From: Rotaria socialis
Taxonomy: Eukaryota
Length of the DNA: 64,000 nt
Direction: 5' to 3'
Assembly: GCA_905331295.1 (NCBI GenBank)
Contig: CAJNYD010000013.1
Span: 1-64,000, forward strand
Position numbers and translations under genes: made by a program. Below, one piece after another: positions 41,216-55,100 of the stretch. The notes under the pieces were generated by a model. The model did not search any database and was not told the origin of the DNA. It was given only the letters and a program-made list of their open reading frames with translations. How positions within the stretch are numbered: position 1 is the first letter of the stretch; every line of letters starts with the position of its first letter.

Positions 41216-44200
41216 TCAATGATGATGTTTTTTACTCTAGAAGAGAGAAAAGGAGCAACTAGTAAGAAATTTATCACAACAAGAAATTATACCTTTTTAT
41301 GATGTTTCTTCTTTTTCTTGTGTTTTTTCTTCTGTTTTAATTCTTCATATTGTTCACTTGTATTTGCTATTTTAATCCAGACTAAAAAGTGACGAAAATA
41401 ATCAAATATTTTGTCAAAATATGAATCGCTCACTTGAACTGTCACGCTCGGCTTTGGGCCGAGACGGAAGAGCACTGGGGACAGTTGGTCCATACATAGC
41501 GGACGATTCAGCTAATTATTAATAAAAAAATACATAACAGAAAGTTTCGATGTTTAATTTTACCTGTCACTTCAATTTCTTCAATACTTGAATCTGAACT
41601 ATCGGAAGTATCACTATCAAGCTTATGGATTGTTTTTGATGGTGCTGATGGTTTTGTAATCGATGGATTTGACACAAAAGTACTTGGTGGATTGATTGGT
41701 TTTGAAATAATATCATTAGGCTTTTTTTCTTGCGCTTCTTGCTCATTGTCATCATCTTCATCTTCATCAGAATTTTGATTATCGAAAATTGCTGAAAACA
41801 AATCCAATGGAGGACGTTCTTGATTTTCCTGAAAAGAAAAAAAGACAGTTCAATTATTGATCATCTTTCTATTTAATCATTTTATTTTCCGTATGAACTC
41901 AATTTTTCAAAACTAATTAGTAGTACATAAATGACTAAGCCATCAAACAAAAAAATGGATTGAACATTTTTGAATTCTTTTCGTATTGGCAGAAAACTTA
42001 TAGTTGACTCAATACGAATACCAAGAAGGCAACGGAAAAGATTGAATATTTAAATAGTTTACTTTTTCAAATGATTCAATAGTAGCGAATTCTAATTTAG
42101 GAGGTGCAGGAGGCTGTGCTTTTGGAACAATTGGTGGAATTGTTTGTGCTGGTTTCATTGTTTCAGTTGAATTTGATGTTATTATTGGCAGTGTTATAGT
42201 TGGAGAAGATTGTTCAGAAGAAATGGCTGGTTCTGTAGTTGATTGTGTAAATAGATGTTCAAAAAGATTTGAACATAATTGTCGTCGTGATTTCTTCGAT
42301 TCTTTCGAATCATCATAAGCGTCACTAAAAGAAATTATTATATGATAATATTGATTCGTTGTTTTTCCTGTACGATGCACATACTCTGAATATGGATTTG
42401 GAATATTCATACGTTTGCATAGTAATGGATTTGGTTTCCAATCAGTTGTAGATCGAGTTAAATCACCGTAGAGATTCATTGAGACAGCTTTTTTCAGATC
42501 ATTCTATAATATAGGAAATATCATTATTGGTACTTAAAATGAAAAATATTCTTTTGTGTTATACTTCGAGAGCAACTTCTAACGATTGACGTTCAGTTAA
42601 TTGAATATAATCCGAAGAAGGTGTAAATCGATTTTTAACACCCTCAAGAAATTGTGTACGTGCGCTATCTGTTGGCGCAGGAGTTATTTTTGCTGAACGT
42701 TCTTTTTCGACATCCCATGCAAGTGACTGAGTTGGAGCTGGTGTTACTTTTTCAGGTGGCACCTCTACTTTTGGTGAAGGTGGCACAGTGACATTTGGCG
42801 GTGGACGAGAGAGAAATGAAAGATCGCCAAGGAGAAGACCACGAGTATTTGCATCATGTTGAACCGATGGCTGTCTCGGTTGTTGTTCATTGGTAGATGT
42901 TACTGCTGATGGAACAGGAGGAGGAGGCAGTGGTGGTGGCATCGCTGATTTAGGAAAGCGATGACCAACACGAAAATCCATTGGTAATGTTGGTGGTGGA
43001 TAAACAACAGGCATTGACATCGATTGATAGCGAACGAATTTTAGTACAAAATTATTTTCTTGTGCTTTCTGTCGCATAATATCTGTCGTACTATCACTGG
43101 GTGTTGTTAATTCATAATCATATTGTTTAAGATCATCTTCAGCAAATAAATCTTTATCATCTTCATCTTCTTCAATACCAACACCAAATGCCTTACAAAT
43201 CAAACATGATCATCAATGAAATGAAATAGTGCTCATAAGTGAATTAACGTACTTGGCCACGAATTTTAACATTTTTTATTTGTTTTTCAACAGATGGTTG
43301 ATCGAATAGATTAGTATGCCCAAATAAATTTAATGATTCAAGTCCTTTGTAACCAATGCCATGATGTTCACGTTTTTGTAATTGAAAATGTACTTCATAA
43401 TCTAGTGGAGGTAGACTAACATTCGCATACTAAAATTTAAAACAAAAACCCTACAATAATAGATCATTGAATAAATAAACGAAGAAAAAAATCTTACAAG
43501 TTGCTCATCAAAATCGTCATCGTCATCGTCATCATCTAAACGTGATATTTTATGCATATTCTGTTGAAAAGAAGGCGGTGGCATTGCTACACCATAAACT
43601 TTAACACCGGGTGTTTGTTGTGGATCTAATTTTGGAGGTGACGGAGGAAGTTCTTTAGATGCTTCTTGTGTTAAAGACCATTTTAATTTTTTTCGATGTT
43701 TTCGAGACATTTTTGCACCCACACCTTCACCAGGTTTCCAACCCATACTCATTAGAATTTTTTTACCAATAGATAATCTATATGAAAATTTTGATTAGAA
43801 AACTTCACGAAATAGAACTTCGCTTACGTTTTGACTCGAATCATATCACGTAATATATCTTCATTGGTGCGTTGACTTAATGTTCCTGTTGGTTGTTTCG
43901 TTCCGCTACGTGTTACAGCTTCATTTTGATCAAATGTACTTCGAATTTTAATCTGTTTTGGATTAATACCATGTTCACCGAAATCCTATAGGGAAAACCA
44001 AAAGCAAAGTATTCTTCATCATACTTATAATCAATTAGTAAATCTTACCCCTTTATCCATATAGTCTTCTGGTTCAAAGCTACGTTTTTCAGCACGTTCT
44101 GTTCGAGATGATTTAAATTCACTGGGTCGCCATCCTAGAAATATATGATCATAGATGATTTATTTTAAACAATAAAAATTGAAACAACCTTCGATTGATC

Positions 44201-44501
44201 CCACTGTATTATAAAAACCAGCATTGAAACCACCAGTAAATGCACCATGAAAACGTTTTCCATCATAACCATAACTAGATGAAGAAAGATCAACAAGTTT
44301 TGATGCTTTTCTACCTGAGAAAAACAAAAGGTTATTAATGATTTGAATCGCATCGATGCTTCTTTACTTACCTAAAGTAGCTAGAATTGATGTACTATTA
44401 GTGGGTTCAGCTGGATCGAAATGAGTACCAATAGTAACAAAATTTTCAGTACTTTCATTGTCATCATTTTTACTACCGAATCCAGCATATCGGGAACTCA
44501 T
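41216..44501 (-). CDS. GPATCH1: G-patch domain-containing protein 1 (splicing factor), multi-exon
   Basis: [35 protein letters not shown]-patch [74 protein letters not shown]; Lys/His-rich tail. Confidence 0.93.
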
Positions 44502-44890
44502 GAGGATAAAATATTGAATCTAAAATGAATATTGGCAGAACGCAAGAACATATTCGAATTGTGATAAATATTATAAAATAAAACGAATTATTTCTTTTTA
44601 TTTGAATAAATTTTATTGAAAAAAGTATTAAAATAGATAATTACAATCAAAGACTTTTGCTGAATATGTGTCAAGTTTTTAATCGATAAACTATTTAATC
44701 CAGAAAAAAAGCAACGTTTTATCTGAAAAATCAAAAAATAGAAATAACTTTGGAACCATCGATTGGCAATAAATAAAATAAAATAATAATGCACACAAAA
44801 GAAATTACTGAATCCGAAAATAAAATAACTTGTATGAAAGATAACAATTACGAATAGATTAATAAAAATGTATTTCGTCGTTGTGCTTGT

Positions 44891-47800
44891 CTAGAATTTA
44901 TACATGAAATGCATAGCTTCAGCTACGCGAGAACGTACATCAGGATTGGAGTCTTTTAATAGAATGAGAAAGGCTAGAAACGAAAATATATAGAACATAG
45001 ATTTTGCTTTTTTTTCTCATCAAAATTAAAATTTTTTACCATTCAAAATATGTTCTTTGGATAGATTATTAATTTGTTCTTCGGTTAAATTAAATATTAA
45101 ATAACCAGCTACGATTGCTGCATTGGCACGTAATTCTGATACAGGATTTTTAAAAAAGATGATACAATTCATAATAAAAAAATTGACTTTATAAGGATAT
45201 TGTTGAACTAAAAGTTTAGCGAAATCACTAATAAATTCAGGATATGCAAGAGATATTTTTGGTTTAAGTGTTTCTTTAAATAATTCAACTAATGTTGGTT
45301 GATCAAGTAAAGGTGCAATAGATTGAAAACATGTTTTACAACTTTCACGTACTATTTCAACAGGATCATTTAAATGAAGTGTTAATGTTATTAAAGATGA
45401 AAATATTTGTTCAACGAATGCTTCACGTGAATTTCCTTCACTTACTGAAGCCATTTTTCCAAACAATGTAAATGCTGCTGAGCGTACTTTGGATTCTTCC
45501 TAGAGATAATGAAGAAAACAAGATGAAGATTTTCTGTTTAAATATTTATATTCTTACTTTTTCAAAACAAGGTCGAATACGTAGAAGAACATTCATAAGA
45601 ATAGGTCGTACTTCATCTTCATTCATCACAGCAATTACATTCGATAACGAGCACATGGCTTCAAGTGTAAGAAGATCATCTTTATCATCACGATCATCCA
45701 AACCAGAAACTAAAAACATGTTGAAATACAATTCAAATTAATATTGAATGTCATTGTAGCGTCTTACTTAATGATGCAAGAATAGTAGTTGGTAAACCTT
45801 TATCATCTGAACTATCACGAACTGGTCGCCACCAGCCAAGACCACGTAAACAAAATTTTCGTACATAAATATTATGATCGACTAAACGTCCCAATAAGTA
45901 ACGAATAAGTTCACGAACAAAACGTTGATCATCACTATCATCAGGATTACATTTTATGAGTTCAGCAAAAAATGCTGATACACATACACGTTGAATATCA
46001 TAAGGACCATCCAATATTTGTCCAAGTAATTCAATAATAACATTTAATTGTTTTTGATTTATATGATTACAACGTGAGAGACCTTGAGCAAGCACTTCAA
46101 GAGCTGAATCAGCTGTATCAAATTTCGCCATCTTTTCCCAAGGCATCAAACTGTTAATTTCTGATTGGCACTTATAAACTTTTAGAAAATGCATCATACA
46201 ATCATTTGATAAACGCCAAGGATCAATTTTCTTGAGTTCACTATTCGACGATCCTGTATTGCTTGAAGATTGTTCAGTAGTAGTTGATGCTTTAGATGAA
46301 CTACGAGATGATTTTGAATCAAATAGACCAAGACGTGATGTCGGTTTTTTAGCACTACTCGAATTAGTAGCTGTTGCATTAGGCACAGAAACATTATTTG
46401 TACTACTTCCTATTGAATCACGTCGAGAACTACCATGTGGTGGAGCAATACGACGCAATGGTGGCACATTTTGTGGTGGTGAGGTATCAACATGTGAAGC
46501 CATACGTATGAAGAGAGCAACGAACAAACGTGGAAAAGCATATTCACCAAGATCACACATACGTTCTGATTGAAACCATTGATTGAGTAAATATAGAGCC
46601 ATAAACGGTTGAGCCGTAGCATATCGTTGTGAGCTTTTTTCTTCAAAAGGTAATGAACGTGACCAACATTCCATTATTTGTGCTAGAACAGCTTCAGTCA
46701 ATGGTCGATTATCAGCAAGATCATGAATAATAGTCACAAGATTTCTATAAAGAAAAGTAGCAATCAATTCAGATTTATTTTCATCAAAATAATTTTACTT
46801 AGTGAATGGTACACCAAAATTCATCAGCGTACTAAATACACGTGTTGAACATGACAAACTAAGTTGTTTAAAAGCACCTCTTAATGCTCGTAAGACATCT
46901 TCATTGATGATTTGATTATATTTATTGAGCATAATACTAAAGATGTAATCAATCTAGATCAAGAATAAAAACGAGCTGAACGCTAGTAAAATAGTCAAAA
47001 AATGAACAATAATTGATTACCTGATCGACTAATTCACCATGTCGACAATCAAATATTTTACAAAGAACATTGCATACCACGACTGAGCCCACTGCTCGTG
47101 TATCAGCAACAATTTCCGTAGATTTTTCGATAAACGAAAGAAGACAACTTGGCTCGAGATTCCCTGATAAACTCTATGTAAATATGTATAAGAAAAAAGA
47201 TCTTTTTTTTTTTTATCAATTTTAAAGATGATTACATGAGGTGAAAAGCTAAGTTTTAATGCAAGTAGTTTCTATTAATATTAATTCTATCAGTACTAGT
47301 CATATGAATAGATTCGAAATAATAGAAAGTTTACTAAAGAAGTGAAACAAGCGTAAAAATACATGCAGTACGAACAGAAACATTATATACGAGTCGAAAT
47401 AAAACCAAAGACAAAACAGTACCTGGTCATGTATTCTGGCGTGTCTAATGGTATTAGAGCACTGTTTATAGATTGCTTTTTAATAAATCTAACCATTTAA
47501 AAAGAAAAGAAAAATACTCACTTGTATCGTATCATCACTGACTGACTTGTCTTGTTCATTAGCACTCTGACTGTCATTTGAATTTTCCAAGGCACCTTCA
47601 ATAAATAGATCATGAAATTCATTAAACTCAGCATAGTCAAAAGTAATTACCTGTTGCAAGTTGCGCTTGAAGACGTAATAATCGAGTAAGACTGGCATTT
47701 GTTGCTAGTTCGACTGTTGTTTCAGTATCCGTTAAATACATGAGACAAATAGCCATAACACCGCCAAGATCAATCAAATTCTATATTGATAATCAGCAAA

Positions 47801-50800
47801 ATTGATAATTTCAACACTGCACATGATCGTACCTGTTCTTTCAATTTATTCATTGGATTTGATTGAATAACTTGATTAAGAATATCAAAAGCACGTGCAC
47901 GTTCATAACCATGAAGTGATAAACAAAAAGGTTCAAGAAGCTATAAAAGAGGAAAAAAACGAGTGAACGTCATATTTTGCAAATAAAAATAGTATGTTCA
48001 ATTATTCAACAATAATCATTCCGGATTTGATCCTTCAGTTATAGGCTTCGTCACAAAAATATATCACTTTTTTTCATAGACTAATCAAGAAAACATGAAA
48101 TCTTCTTTTAGTTCTCTTACATTGATAAGATTAGGAAATGTTTCTTGTGAATCGCCCAAACTAAGCAATTCAATCATAAGTGCACCAAGTGACATAGAAA
48201 CCTCTTCTTTTTGAGTTGATGGTAATTCCTGAATGATACAACAACTCATAACGATAAAACAATTTTAAAAAGATTCAAAATACTGACAATCTTTGCCGAA
48301 CAGTACCAATATAAGGCAGCTCGAGCTAACTGATATTTCTCGGGAAGTGTTTGTTCTGGCTGCAGAATACTAAAATAATAAATGAATCAAATAATTATTA
48401 CAGAAACAAAAAAGTCATTATTTTTGTCTTTGGTTACATAAGTGCATGGCATGCTTTGATACATTGATTGTATGTGGTTGGTTGCAATTTTGCAGATGAT
48501 TCATTTGTAATATAATTAACCATCTCGTGTATAAGATCATTTCTTGATGCAAATGTAAAATCAGTTTTCAAATGATTTTTATTCATCGATTGTGCAAGAA
48601 TAACAAATGATTTCGCAACAATTGATTTACCTATTTCTTCTTTAATCGTTCGAGCTATTTTAACTGCACTAATAAGTATACTTGTTTCCATACGAGAAAT
48701 AATTAAATCGAGTGCTGCATATATTGACACATAAGCATAAGCTAAAAGAGTTGTAGCACGTGATAAATCTGAATGAGTATCAGTTTTTGAACTAAGAAAA
48801 CCAAAGAGACCACCACCACCACCACCTCCACTTGATGTTGAGCTTGAACTTTTTGAATCACCAAGTTTTAAATACAGATCAAGTCGTTGTAATACAATAT
48901 CAAGATGTGTTGTTGAACAAAAACCAAACATTGTTGCCCAACCATTTCGTTCATTTTCATGATGAAAATTAATTGCTGTTGTCATTGATTCAAGTGTACG
49001 GCTTACGAATTCGTTCACTTTTGATTTACGTAATACAATACCAATGCATTTATAAGCAAAACCACGTTCACGCTCTAATTTTAGATATAGAGGTAATTGT
49101 TTAACAAAACAAGCACCGATATCACTAATCCAATCTTCACGTTCAATAACATCAAGACTTTTGGAAAGAAACTAAATAGAAAAGAGTCATTGCTTTTGTT
49201 TTTCATATTGATAAAAACAAATGTTCCGTTACTTTAAGTATAAGATCTTGCCAATTGGCTGAATCGAATTTTTTATTTTCATCATCATCAGTTAAATTTT
49301 GAAGTAAACGTGGAATGACTTTTTCCCATAATTCTCTTAAATCAGTCTGAAGTTCTGTAACAGCTATACGAAGAAAATTAAGTATCGATACACCACGTGA
49401 TTCTTCAACTAATGGTTCACCCAAAAGAACCTATTTGGAAAAATAAAAAGAAGTCATTTACAAAACAGAGTTCAACATACAAAACATCGTGCAATAAGTT
49501 CATTGGGTTTTGGTAAATTAACTAAAGCATCAAAATCAATCCAAAATGAATCTTTTTTTGCTGCAATTTGTTGTTGACCCGATTGTGCTAATGCTTTCGT
49601 AATTATTCCGAATGCGCCAGTGTACATTTCTGGAATGAGAAATTCGATTAATAATGGCCATAATACCTGCAATGGAGAAATATATTTTTCATGAGATAAT
49701 TCAAAAACAAAAAATGTCTTACGTCCTCCATTCCTGCAATAGTTGAACTAAAAGCATTTAAAATATTTCGACACATTATTCGAACGTCAACAGTAGGTAC
49801 TGCTGTTGAATCGGCTTTAATATCTTCATTTAGTGTTAAAGGAAATGTACAATTTCGAACAATATATTCAATTAAGAATGTTCGCCCTTCTAATTGCAAA
49901 TAGCCATGACAAGCCATTGCAACAATTAATTGCGATAAATATTTTGTAATCTAAATAAAATGAAAGAGACCTGATATAAAATAAATCCCTATGAACGAAT
50001 TTACTTTTAGCGTTGCTGTATTTAATGTTGGTCTTAAACTTGATACAAGCAATGATTTATAATCAAATGGCGTTGATGGTGCATCATTACCAAAGGCATA
50101 GACAAGATGACGATAAATAACAAGAAGTACAATACGAACTTTATCATTCGTACCAGCTTGATCCATACGTTGTAATAGCCAAGGCCATATTGATTGGGGT
50201 GCATGTTTGCCTACAATCAAAATACATTTAGTTTTTTTATAGTTTTCCTAAATTTTCACGTACCAAGTATTGATAATGTACGTAATAATTCATTTTGATT
50301 TTTAATAGCTTGTTCATTACCATTTTCAAATGCATCGTAATTAATTTGAATCTAACATAGAGAAAAGAAATAGTGAATTCAAATAAAAAGTATGATTTGG
50401 ATTTTACTTCGTTGAAAACTTCTCTTAAAATAGCATCCATTGAAAGTTTTAATTGTGCAACATTATATTGGTGAGCCAACAATACAACAGAATTTAGTGT
50501 TTCACTGACAAATAAATGATCAACAGTTTTTCGATAAAGTCCAAGTACATTTTGAATTAAACGTGGAAATTGTTCTGTGAATTTCGTTGAAGAAAATAAA
50601 TAGGCAAGGCGACCTATTGCTTGTACACATATATTTCGAACCTATTCATTTTGAAGAGAGAGAAAACATGAATAGAAATCTATGTTTGTTGTTTTGATTT
50701 TTAGTGTATTATCATACTTTAAGTTCTTTTGATCCAATCCAAGCTGATGTAAGAAAAACTTCATAGGCAGCAAAAGCATCATTTTCATATTGTTGTGGAG

Positions 50801-51723
50801 CGAATTCTGCGCGGGCTGTTTCATCACCGTTCGCTTGAAAATCAATTAGCGACAAACAAAATTTATATAGTACTGCTGTATACACCCAACGATAATTTTC
50901 TTGTTTTACCATGCCCATCATTGGTAATATACGAGTAAACATTGGACGCAACTGATGAACCATACCACGTGCTAAAATTATGATTTCGCTATTAGACGCT
51001 AACTAATTGGAGCTCGAAGAAATCCTTAATCAAAAAAGGCCTCTCTTCTGTGCTTCTCGAATTGAGTTTAAATTATTTTATAAATAAAATAAGCTTACGG
51101 TTGGCTTCGGCAAGACTACCAACGGTTTGTAGAACAAAAAATTGTGGTAATTGACCAGCTTGCATATGTGGTAAGAGAGCTGTACAAACTAGATCAGGCT
51201 CACATTTACCAATTTCAACTAAGACATCGGAAGCAGCTTGTTGCCATAAGGGAACTAATTCCTATATTAAACAAGGAGATTTTCAAAAAAAGAACAGATA
51301 CGATTTAATAAGTAGAAAACAAACTTTTGGCATTGTTAATTCGTTGACAGTAACACGAGTAAGTAATGGAAATGTATCACCATCAAATGGTGTTTCACCT
51401 TCTTTTTCTTGTTGATAACTAAGAATACGTTGAATAACACGCAGAATAGCTGCTCGATGTGATTCAGGCAATTTTTGATGTTTATCAAGATAATTCGTAC
51501 ATAATTTTACTGTTAGCTTAGGCAATTTTTTACCAGTATCAACTATTGATTGAGCCACGCTGTCACGTACTTTATCATTTCTATCCGAAAGCGTATCGAT
51601 CAGAGCAATAGTCAATGCTAAACAAAAGGAAAACAATCAAGATTTCGAATATGATTAGTTTTTTCGATTCATTTTTGTGAGCTGTTTTGCATCCTTACTT
51701 TCTACAGAGTTTTGCGAATCCAT
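44891..51723 (-). CDS. MROH1: Maestro HEAT-like repeat protein 1 (HEATR7A), multi-exon
   Basis: LTIALIDTLSDRNDKVRDSV; LWQQAASDVLVEIG; VLWPLLIEFLIPEMYTGA; NLPKPNELIAR; FGFCSTTHLDIVLQRL; FPRLFVALFIR; VLLRIRPCFEK; LITLTLHLNDPVEIVRESCK; LKDSNPDVRSRVAEAM. Confidence 0.92.
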
Positions 51724-52119
51724 GGTACCAATCAATAATTATATCTATAAATAGGTTCGAAATGTTTTCTGAGTTAAATTTTTCTTTTCCATGTATATAC
51801 ATAGAAAATAGCAGTTTTTTGCTCTTTGAAATTACACAAAAAAAAATGAAACGTATGAGAAAAAGAAAAGAACCCCAAAAAAAAGAAAAGAAAAATAACC
51901 AAAGTTTGGAATACGCACAATAACAACAAATATATATATGTATATAGAGTATGTATGAAATGAATGTTTTCCATAGGCGGATTCACCACATAATACAACG
52001 CAATGCTGCTAAAACAAAAGCGAAAAACTTTAACACGTTGTAACGATCAATGACCAGAAAATTACGAGAATAAATGAAAGACGAGACAACGTGTACTTTG
52101 AAGTTTTAAATAGCTACTA

Positions 52120-55100
52120 TTATTGTTCAATCGTGGTTGATTCATTAGTTATATTATTCATATTTGTCAAAAATGTTTGCAAAATTTGTAATGTATCCAC
52201 AATTGTTTTACGTTTAGGATCATTATTCGTTATATCCATGGCTAAATTACTATCATCTAATCGTCGTCTTTTAACAGGATTAGCTTCATCATCAACGATT
52301 GTTGTTGATTCACTTTCCTGCTGCTGCTGCTGCTGTTGTAGTTCATCATCAATTAATAATGGCAATTGTAAATGTTGTTCAATAAATCGAATACTTTGTT
52401 CAATTATAGTTTGTATTTTACTTTTATCATTTGTTAATTGACAATGTAAATATATTTCTAATGCTTTCACATCACCAATGATCTGCGTATTAGAGTAATT
52501 AATTGATTTTAATAGCTTTTTATATGATTGTAACCAATCTAAGTTTGTTTGTGATTCATTAAAGATTGATTGCAAACAATGTTCACAGGTTTTATTTAAT
52601 AATTGCTCGAGACGTTGTATAAACATCTGTATAGAATCAGTTGTGATGTTTGCTGCTGTTGCTGCTGCGGTAGCAGAAGATGTTGGCGTTGTTGGTGCTG
52701 AAGACTTTTTCATGCTTAATATCATTGGTAAATACGTATAGAGAAAAGAGTAATTATCGATTTGATATAAAGATATTCGTTCATCAATTAAAACAATTTC
52801 AATAAAATGATGAAAATAATACGATGATGATGTTTGTAGTAAATCATGAATTAAAGTTTGTGCGCTTGTTGTTGATTGGTTAGAAATTTCAAGACATAAT
52901 TTAGCAAATAAACATAAATGCATACTTTGAACGCCTTCACAAGCAACAAGTGTGACAAGATTTAATATAGAGCCACTAAGAGAATTTTGATTATAAGCAT
53001 AACGTGCTAGAGAATCGATAAAAAAATGATATGGAGAATAATAAGCATGAACAGCACGATCGAAATCTGAAGAAAATTCGAATAGATTTTTAATAGAGAA
53101 AAGAAATTCAAATTGAACAAACCTAAATCTCGACCTTTCGATGTTTCAAGCAGTTGAGTTTTGAAATACATGCCAAAGTGCGGCCGAAATGGTGTATGAA
53201 CTGATTGATTACCTATGTGGTCGATTGTTCCTAAAAGAATATTCGAACATTAAAAGAAATGTTTGAAAAAATGTATAACATTGTCTTAAAATTCAATGCA
53301 TTCTTCCTTCAAGATAGGAAAACTATCGGGCTATTAAATCACTTCTCTAATATCTCAAACAAACAAAAAATAAATAAAGATTACCTTGTTGTTGTGAATT
53401 ATTTATTGGTTGTTTTCTTCGCGGAAAATCTTCAAAATAGAAAACGAATATTATTCTTATTTCTCTTTTTGTTTATATAAATATATCTTACATGGTCCAA
53501 GTTGTGGATGTGATTGTGAAGCAGCTTGTTCGTGTGTTGTTTTAATGTGGGATGCAACCTGTGTTAAATCTTGTATCGTCAATTGTACAATAACTTTCTT
53601 TAATAGATCAAAAGCACGTTGGCGTATTTCACTGGAATTATAAGAGTTCAGTAATAGAAGTAGCTTTGCAACTAATTCCATTTTTTCTTTCCATTGTGTC
53701 CCGACAATATTACGCATATTTGTTGTTGAATTTGTTTGTGGCTTTTTAATATGTATATCAGCTGTATCGAGTAGATTAGCAATTAAACATAATAAATAAA
53801 TTAAATCATTTTGTATAGTTGAAATTTGTGTTTGCGTTTGATCATGATATGAAGTAAATATCGTTAAAAATATTGTTGTTAATACAGGTAAACCACGTCG
53901 AGTTAATATTTGAAAACGTTCATCATGTGAAGCTTGTAAATCGCACATATCACGTGTTAAATCAAGTATAATCGACCAGGATGAACGTATATCATTAAAA
54001 CGATATATTAATGAATACAATTCTTTTTTAAATTCGATAATTAATTGTTGATCATCCACCGTGAGATTATCACGGTTTGCACGCGAAATTATTTTACATA
54101 TGGTTGATAATTGTTCGCATGCATCAGGATATAAATGTACATAGGGCAAGACATTTTTCAATGCCCATGACATATTTTTATGTAATGCCAATTCTTTACT
54201 GTATAACCATGAATATTGACAAATTTGTTTTAAGATATTATAATAAATAAATAAGAATAAACGATTGTATAATATTAATTCTTGATCTTCATGATCAACA
54301 ATAATTAAACACATGGGCAATTGCTGTTTAAAATCATGTTCATAAGTTAATGTATTTGTTAAGAAGATTTTTTCAGTTAACAATTGTTGTAATAAAATAA
54401 ATATTAATAATTTATTTCCGTTATTTATTGTATGATCTTCAGTTAATTTCGGGTGCGAAATTAATGTACATAATGCGTGTAAATAGTGACTTTCTGATAG
54501 AGTACATTTTTCAGGTGTATAACGTGTAAAATGAATTACAACAGATAGATATTGAACAAGACGTTGTTGATTATCATTCATATGTAATTCATTTTGATCA
54601 TGACCAATTTCAATGAGAAGTTCGAGCAGATGAGATAATAGCGTTCGTAGTATTGAATAGGTATCAGTTGTAAAATCCGATGGATATTGCGCAAATTGTA
54701 GATGATCAAATAGAGCGGAGAATGAAGTTGTATTTGAAACAGGTGATATCTAATAGTGAAAAAAAGATATGTTTGAATTAGAACTTCAGCATATTGGCCT
54801 TCTGAAGAGTAACTTATAAACATGAGAACTAACGTAAGTCCATTACAGTCGGAATAATTGATAAACGGCGGAAATCTTTCAAGCGGTTGAGTTACGCGTA
54901 GAATTCTCCTATAGATTTGAATTTTACGAAAGTAATCTATTATGAAAAACTTTTAAACGACAGAGAGAGAGCTGCAGGTTCATCCAGATCATTGTCTGAA
55001 CTCTGTCGGTCCGGGATTCATAAAAACGGAGACTTACTATTCACTATTTGGGATACGTTGCAAAATTTACTCAATAGATTCAACTCTATTCATGTAATTA

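Noticed and set aside
52091..52441. Poly-Cys plus-strand ORF and other antisense ORFs over MROH1 and USP34
   Set aside because: Antisense shadows of real exons; the poly-Cys is the poly-Gln CAG tract.
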